Below, piece after piece: positions 30,601 to 34,675 of a stretch of DNA of 34,675 bases. Positions within the stretch are counted from its first letter, which is position 1. Every line of letters starts with the position of its first letter. Below the pieces are notes generated by a model. That model was not told the DNA's origin, made no database searches, and worked only from the letters and a program-made list of their open reading frames with translations. Source of the stretch: Trichomonas gallinae (lineage: Eukaryota); NCBI GenBank assembly GCA_008369845.1, contig MRSU01007661.1, forward strand, positions 1-34,675, given 5' to 3'. A program made the translations under genes and the position numbers.

Positions 30601-30812
30601 AAAGTGATTACTGCAGCAAAAATCAAAAAATCCGATTGTCCCCATTTATCGCGATTTATCACTGTATGTATACATACTAGGAACAAAAGGACAATGGATC
30701 TAAATACTACTGGTAGTAATCCACCACCCAGTGAAAATCCAAAAAATAAAGAATGAGGAACCTGATGGAGATATATAAATTTGGAATATATTTCATCCAA
30801 AAGTTCACTCAT
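27627..30812 (-). CDS. PCNX: Pecanex-family multi-pass membrane protein
   Basis: QFQIRGLEFAQSTYCHDHE (cf. RGLEFRGTYCQQRE) and the Pecanex_C tail LNKHTVRSLWASQAHEQIF...ERGSIQ...LHNLVNQACNLPIGYPAYVSP; many N-terminal TM segments. Confidence 0.92.
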   Translation of the reverse strand: MSELLDEIYSKFIYLHQVPHSLFFGFSLGGGLLPVVFRSIVLLFLVCIHTVINRDKWGQSDFLIFAAVITFIVAIITITLTILNRLIDNSFELTSDSEESISDLEPPEGISSALWQLRNSYSFDEQRAGDSALDLIQLGFPIEEVFKLAEIMSTQTVPAKKQESSKNNQKTKSYIRLCGSIKEIPFNREQISTVFPFPKSFLYIIITSCLIFFQLYLVAFAAHQFPNYQYWWYIIVSGASIYSVLQPPEEEPYSLNHEEFVNGMTRPFVMIISCSFILLFEHMPKWLKPLDLEDFGIYIDWAVIAPHGIRIWKFAIFLLPLWILFVVASIDTTIVWFIEAVNRYCFGSCGVAGLVDSFAQLIRCSISYIFCYFMDAKTDFKYHDEVIIIVSWIILNIPLSPISLRKLWIYIIQLIILTGCVAIASIFVSSSQGYLISLIVIPVVFDLLLPFLTTYTQYLFLLLRLIRISFLHGEFFFVIVRVFFGAAFISYCVKHESIPSWLFSFFVIIVLNSCIGSTSIYSFSLLLFVHFVYERKWEKLVPAFIVAYVVGRKIMHSIDIAKEFVFGRMSGLFVDTDFPFGLNIFLSVPLALIPFIDREISFVSFIWSLLTGAPRLFLCTESELLFHDITLPLSPRPNVFWDLNPKRNLDVMKTISSHATDHPREATVYLSAVRSLLSVLAKHIYSGEFGAVDENDFFLLVSGSMDIILHIVSLRPNCVQFQIRGLEFAQSTYCHDHENRALNDLSTAANEWIVFPTSLEHLLVNWNLITDNFSLDQYQVFTIELPTVFNTSSIETIELWLRYSIIFSALKHMESLLTVPTNLNVTYTDEDQDVIAAFAEALEIELSEELIKQVMTLKNDVTTALTNNESTYDVLCQRIFNAFHNNLMIDDEMSWLSNNDRVLTNIVTPAARLFILSMVLEQYSLIGPPDLSDEGDTVLHFQLYEDSNLVAPASSPEFAQEFTRSQKSLVSLEVCGGTRMLLFFNQGNTNWQVFRLNKHTVRSLWASQAHEQIFFNVQSTERGSIQYNNSSLHNLVNQACNLPIGYPAYVSPVLSSYYTFV

Positions 30813-31294
30813 CTTATGTCACGTTTTTGAAAATTTTATTGTAAAAGTGACAAAAATTCATCATTATCCAAATGTTAGCAAATTGTTAATCACTTTTTAT
30901 AGTGAGAGCAGCGAGCAATAGAAAGTTACTATTACATTTTGCTATAGTTTTAGGAAAGGAAAATACGTTTTTTTCCCCTTAAAAAAATATAATGTCATTG
31001 TTTACATTCAAATATTATTTTTCGAACAAAAAAAAATCGAAAAATAAAATTTGAATGTAAAACAATTTATATATAGTTTTTTTATAGTATAAAGTGACAT
31101 TTACTCATCATAATCCAAAATATCATATTTTTTTTGAAACATGTCACGTTTTTGTTTTTGTAAGTCGTAATTTTGTCGATTTTGACAGACTCAATTCTCT
31201 CAAAAGTCTAATCAAAAATCGCCAATCCTGTTCCATTCAATTTTCCAACAAATTCATCCAGAATTCAGCAAAGAAATAACAAGAATATTGATTT

Positions 31295-31705
31295 TTGAAA
31301 GCTATTCATGGTTTTCATTTTGATCCAATTTTCAACAAGATGACAGAAGAAGATGATGCAGAAACCATATCTTTTACTGTCAATGAGAAGCTGCACAAGA
31401 CCAAAAATGAATATGGCCAGGATATCTTTTCATACTCATTGGAAAAATCTAACATCAATTTCATCAGTTATATGATTGAATTTGTGTTAGATTACACTCA
31501 GTATTTTTCGACCACATATAGAAAATTAAATACTAAAACTACAATTTATTTTTTCAAAATCCTACATTTTGATATCAACAGTATAAACGATGACAATCAA
31601 ACAGCTTTGATTTGTGCTTCGAGTAAAGGACATCGAGAAGTTGTCAAACTTCTTCTCACAATCCCTGGAATAAATGTCAACGCAAAAGACAAAGACAATT
31701 TTTGA
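31295..31705 (+). pseudogene. Ankyrin-repeat gene fragment
   Basis: One clear repeat (TALICASSKGHREVVKLLLTIPGINVNAKDKDNF*) stops where the next repeat should begin. The ORF-track start is TTG; the first ATG is at 31340. Confidence 0.6.
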
Positions 31706-31915
31706 TATCCCATATCAACTAAAGGTACGGACACTCATATCATTTTTATTTCTAATAGTTGTCAAAAATGTACCAGGGTAATAATTGAAGTTTACTAACG
31801 TGGATAGTTAAAACTAGAAAGTAAACATTGAAAGTATACTATATACCCTAAATACATGATAGCTACTAAATCTTAAATATTCGATTTTCTTGTATCTTAG
31901 TTTTTCAAAGATATA

Positions 31916-32924
31916 TTAATCAGCATAGATCGGACAGATCATAACAGCAAAAATATAAAACGAATAAATATCATTTTGATTCAAATCAGTGGGCTCGTAT
32001 GATAATATGGTAATACGAAGGGCACCGCGGTTCTTGTTTCCTCTGCCATGACTATGAGCTGAAAAGTAGAGAGGCATTTCATTATAGCCAGCTATCATTC
32101 GAGTGGAAGTGAATTTTATACGTGAGTAGTGAATGTTTGAGTTAGATGGAGCTATCCTTTAAAGCAATACAACCAGGATGGCCGGAAATAAACGAACTTC
32201 CACCTCCACCTGATCCAGCAAAATATAATGACGCCCCAGAATAGTACCCAGACCCACCAATTCCACCCATATCACCAGAAATCTGCGGGCTAACACCAAA
32301 TATGCCATTCAATCCATACGAAGTAACTTCTTTAAAGTAATTCTTAGGAGTGGCAATACCACCAGAAATTTGTGTTCCTCCAGTTGTTATAACATTTTCG
32401 CATATGGAGCCATCATTCAAGCAATCACTAAGACCTCTGGAACCATTTAGTCCTCCTCCATGGCCACCTATTGAGCCTATCCATTCGCTTGAGGCACCAC
32501 CTCCAGCAACGAGAATCCTTGATCGCAATGACACAGGATCATACCAATCATAATTTTCATTCACAGAAAGACGGATATCAGTGGCAGCGCCTGGATATAA
32601 ACTATGTCCGGTTAATTCAGATTTTAATGCATTAAACATCGCCTTTGATCCGATAAATGCATAAAAACTTAAATTTTTATTTAATTTTAGAATTCCTGAC
32701 GAATAGCCTCCATATCCTGGAATTGAAGGAGTCGATTCTTTAACAAACCAATACATACCAGATGAGCCCCATGCCTCAATTTTATATTGTCCGGGGGATA
32801 ATTTTATTAAATAAGGGAAGCAATTTCTTGTAGAGTTACCACATGGATAACCAAAGACATATTGGCTATCACTATAGCTAACATTTTGCTCTCCTTCACT
32901 ACCTTTGTATTCAAATTCTAATAT
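31916..32924 (-). pseudogene. Frameshifted glycine-rich (ALK/LTK-type) family gene, paralog of 9967-10953
   Basis: Frame open from ATA at 32924 (ILEFEYKG...YPCGNSTRNCFPYLIKLSPGQYKIEAWGSSG) through GGGGSSFISGHPGCIALKDS. Homology then continues in another frame near 32150 (PSNSNIHYSRIKFTSTRMIAGYNEMPLY...GALRITIL) to the TAA at 31916. Confidence 0.8.
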
Positions 32925-33190
32925 TCAAAAAATAAAAAAAAAATAAAATAAATTTGTGATTGAGCAATTTATGAATAATTAGATATAATTTTTGCAGTAC
33001 TAACAAATAAAGCTCCTAAAATCAATTCTGAATTTGAATATTTTACATGTCAAAATATACACAAATATTTTTTGTCATCCTACTTGTCAAAATATTAATA
33101 CGTTATATTGACGATACAGGAAGTTTGGTCGATGTTTTTTTCATTTTTCAATGAAATTATTTTGTTGAAACTCATATTGATCACTAGGGA

Positions 33191-34237
33191 ATAGATAGTT
33201 GGATTATATCATTTAATCCAACTTTTGGAGAAATTACAGAACTTGATAAAACACGAAACGGAAAATTCGATTGCCCCAAAATTTACCAAAACGTTGTCAT
33301 CCAAAGCATCGGAAAAGATGCTTGCTTTAGTAGTTTGATTTCAGAACTTGATTTATCATCGTCACAAATTACAATTATTAAAAGTAATGCATTTGGTTTA
33401 TGCAGAAATTTAAATTCAATTAAGTTCCCTGACACACTAACAACTTTAGAATATAATACATTTAACGGAATTAATGTTTCTGAAGTTTTTATCCCCGCCA
33501 AATTAACAGAATTCACAGGATATGCATTTAATCAAATACCAAATCTGCAAACTATTACTGTGCATCCAGATAATCCAAATTATACCATGCTAGGCGGATG
33601 CATGTTTACAAAAGATTTCACAAAGTTAGTTAAAGTGACAAATTTTGTCAATGTAATTCCTAATTTCGAAAATATTCAAACAATTGGCGAATTTGCTTTT
33701 GCAGGATCAGTGAACATTGACAGTTTTATTGGCACTTCAAATTTGTCATCGGTAGAAAGATTTGGTTTTCATGCTTCTCAAATGACATTTATCAATCTTT
33801 CTCTTAGCCCAATAACTACTATAAATGCTCAAACTTTCCGCATGAATAATTTGAAGACCGTAATTCTTCCTCCAACAATAGATTCAATTGGTTATTGGGC
33901 ATTTGCATATACAAAAATCAAAACACTTGTTATTCCTTTCAATGTGACCTATATTGATAATGATGCAATACATGACTGCTCAACACTCAAGATGATTGTT
34001 TACCTTGGAATATCAAACTTCTCGTCGAATGATATAATTTCGCCTGCAAAAAGCGTCAAATTTATTCGAGTTCTTGATTCATACCCATCATCACTTTTCT
34101 CTCGCATTCCAGTTACAAAGGACGCTCTGGAATATATCACGTTTGATCCAAATCTTTGCAACACTGGAATTAATCCTTTCCGTGTTGGACCGTTTTTCAA
34201 CAACAGAATCTTTCTTTATCCAATTTTAATAATGTAA
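33191..34237 (+). CDS. BspA-like (TpLRR/LRR_5) leucine-rich-repeat surface-family protein; start codon unresolved
   Basis: Repeats ITIIKSNAFGLCRNLNSIKFPDTLTTLEYNTF, LKTVILPPTIDSIGYWAFAYTKIKTLVIPFNVTYIDNDAIHDCSTL, and TVHPDNPNY. The frame is open from 33188 after an in-frame TAG; ATA at 33191; first in-frame ATG at 33587. Confidence 0.75.
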   Translation: MDSWIISFNPTFGEITELDKTRNGKFDCPKIYQNVVIQSIGKDACFSSLISELDLSSSQITIIKSNAFGLCRNLNSIKFPDTLTTLEYNTFNGINVSEVFIPAKLTEFTGYAFNQIPNLQTITVHPDNPNYTMLGGCMFTKDFTKLVKVTNFVNVIPNFENIQTIGEFAFAGSVNIDSFIGTSNLSSVERFGFHASQMTFINLSLSPITTINAQTFRMNNLKTVILPPTIDSIGYWAFAYTKIKTLVIPFNVTYIDNDAIHDCSTLKMIVYLGISNFSSNDIISPAKSVKFIRVLDSYPSSLFSRIPVTKDALEYITFDPNLCNTGINPFRVGPFFNNRIFLYPILIM

Positions 34238-34675
34238 TCAAAATTTAATTTTTAATGATTGGATTGAAGCATATTGTAACCATTCTTTGAAGCATTATTT
34301 AAAACAGTTATGGTGTATTTTGTAATTTCATGAAACAATAATTATTGTTTTTTTGTTGAAATATCTTGATGTGATAAAATCATTATTTACTATAGTATAT
34401 ATGATTCTCTTGATTGTGATTCTATATTATCCTACATCAATAGTCCAATGATATATCTATCTTTACAAATGAATTATTTTTTTTAAATTGGAATCTTTGC
34501 AACACCAGCATAAAGAATATCTACTTCTACTTTTGTAAATGACGATAATTGGCACAATATTGTATTGTTCTGACACGTAATTTGTCAAAATTGTAAAATT
34601 GGCAAATGCATTAAAAGTCTATAGCCAAAATTAGCTGCGATTCTTGTCAACAGTCGGGCTATTCAGATTCCTTCG

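Noticed and set aside
31720..31810. Intron-like GTACGG...ACTAACGTGGATAG after the ankyrin fragment
   Set aside because: It lies downstream of the stop codon, the branch-to-AG spacing does not match trichomonad ACTAACACACAG, and no ankyrin exon follows.
34260..34675. Possible decayed coding sequence at the window end
   Set aside because: Only short open stretches with no recognisable motif.

Overview
AT-rich, gene-dense and apparently intron-less eukaryotic DNA, almost certainly from a trichomonad (Trichomonas-like parabasalid). The assignment rests on a DUF3447-ankyrin gene, BspA-type LRR and glycine-rich surface families, TCAYW initiator elements and a trichomonad-type PRP8; the species cannot be fixed from sequence alone. 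About 16 genes or gene remnants are present: DUF3447-ankyrin, Vps33-like Sec1 protein, LENG8/Thp3-like SAC3 protein with a Q/N/Y/P octapeptide repeat, EF-hand protein, coiled-coil protein, two ALK/LTK-type glycine-rich genes (one frameshifted), Aph-1, TFIIE-beta, HEAT-like protein, PRP8 (no intein), a type-I membrane protein, an acidic protein, pecanex, an ankyrin fragment and a BspA-like gene. The most unusual signals are: (1) all three genes of the glycine-rich and BspA families lack an ATG at the expected start and instead have a near-cognate codon (TTG/ATA) just after an in-frame stop and an Inr-like element, although two of them are otherwise intact; (2) an approximately helically phased array of 12 TG(T/A/C)CATGTAAA-like motifs in a divergent promoter; (3) two unexplained degenerate intergenic triplications; (4) substitutions in normally near-invariant PRP8 motifs. 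No tRNA, rRNA, CRISPR or transposon was recognised. All family calls are by motif recognition, not database search.
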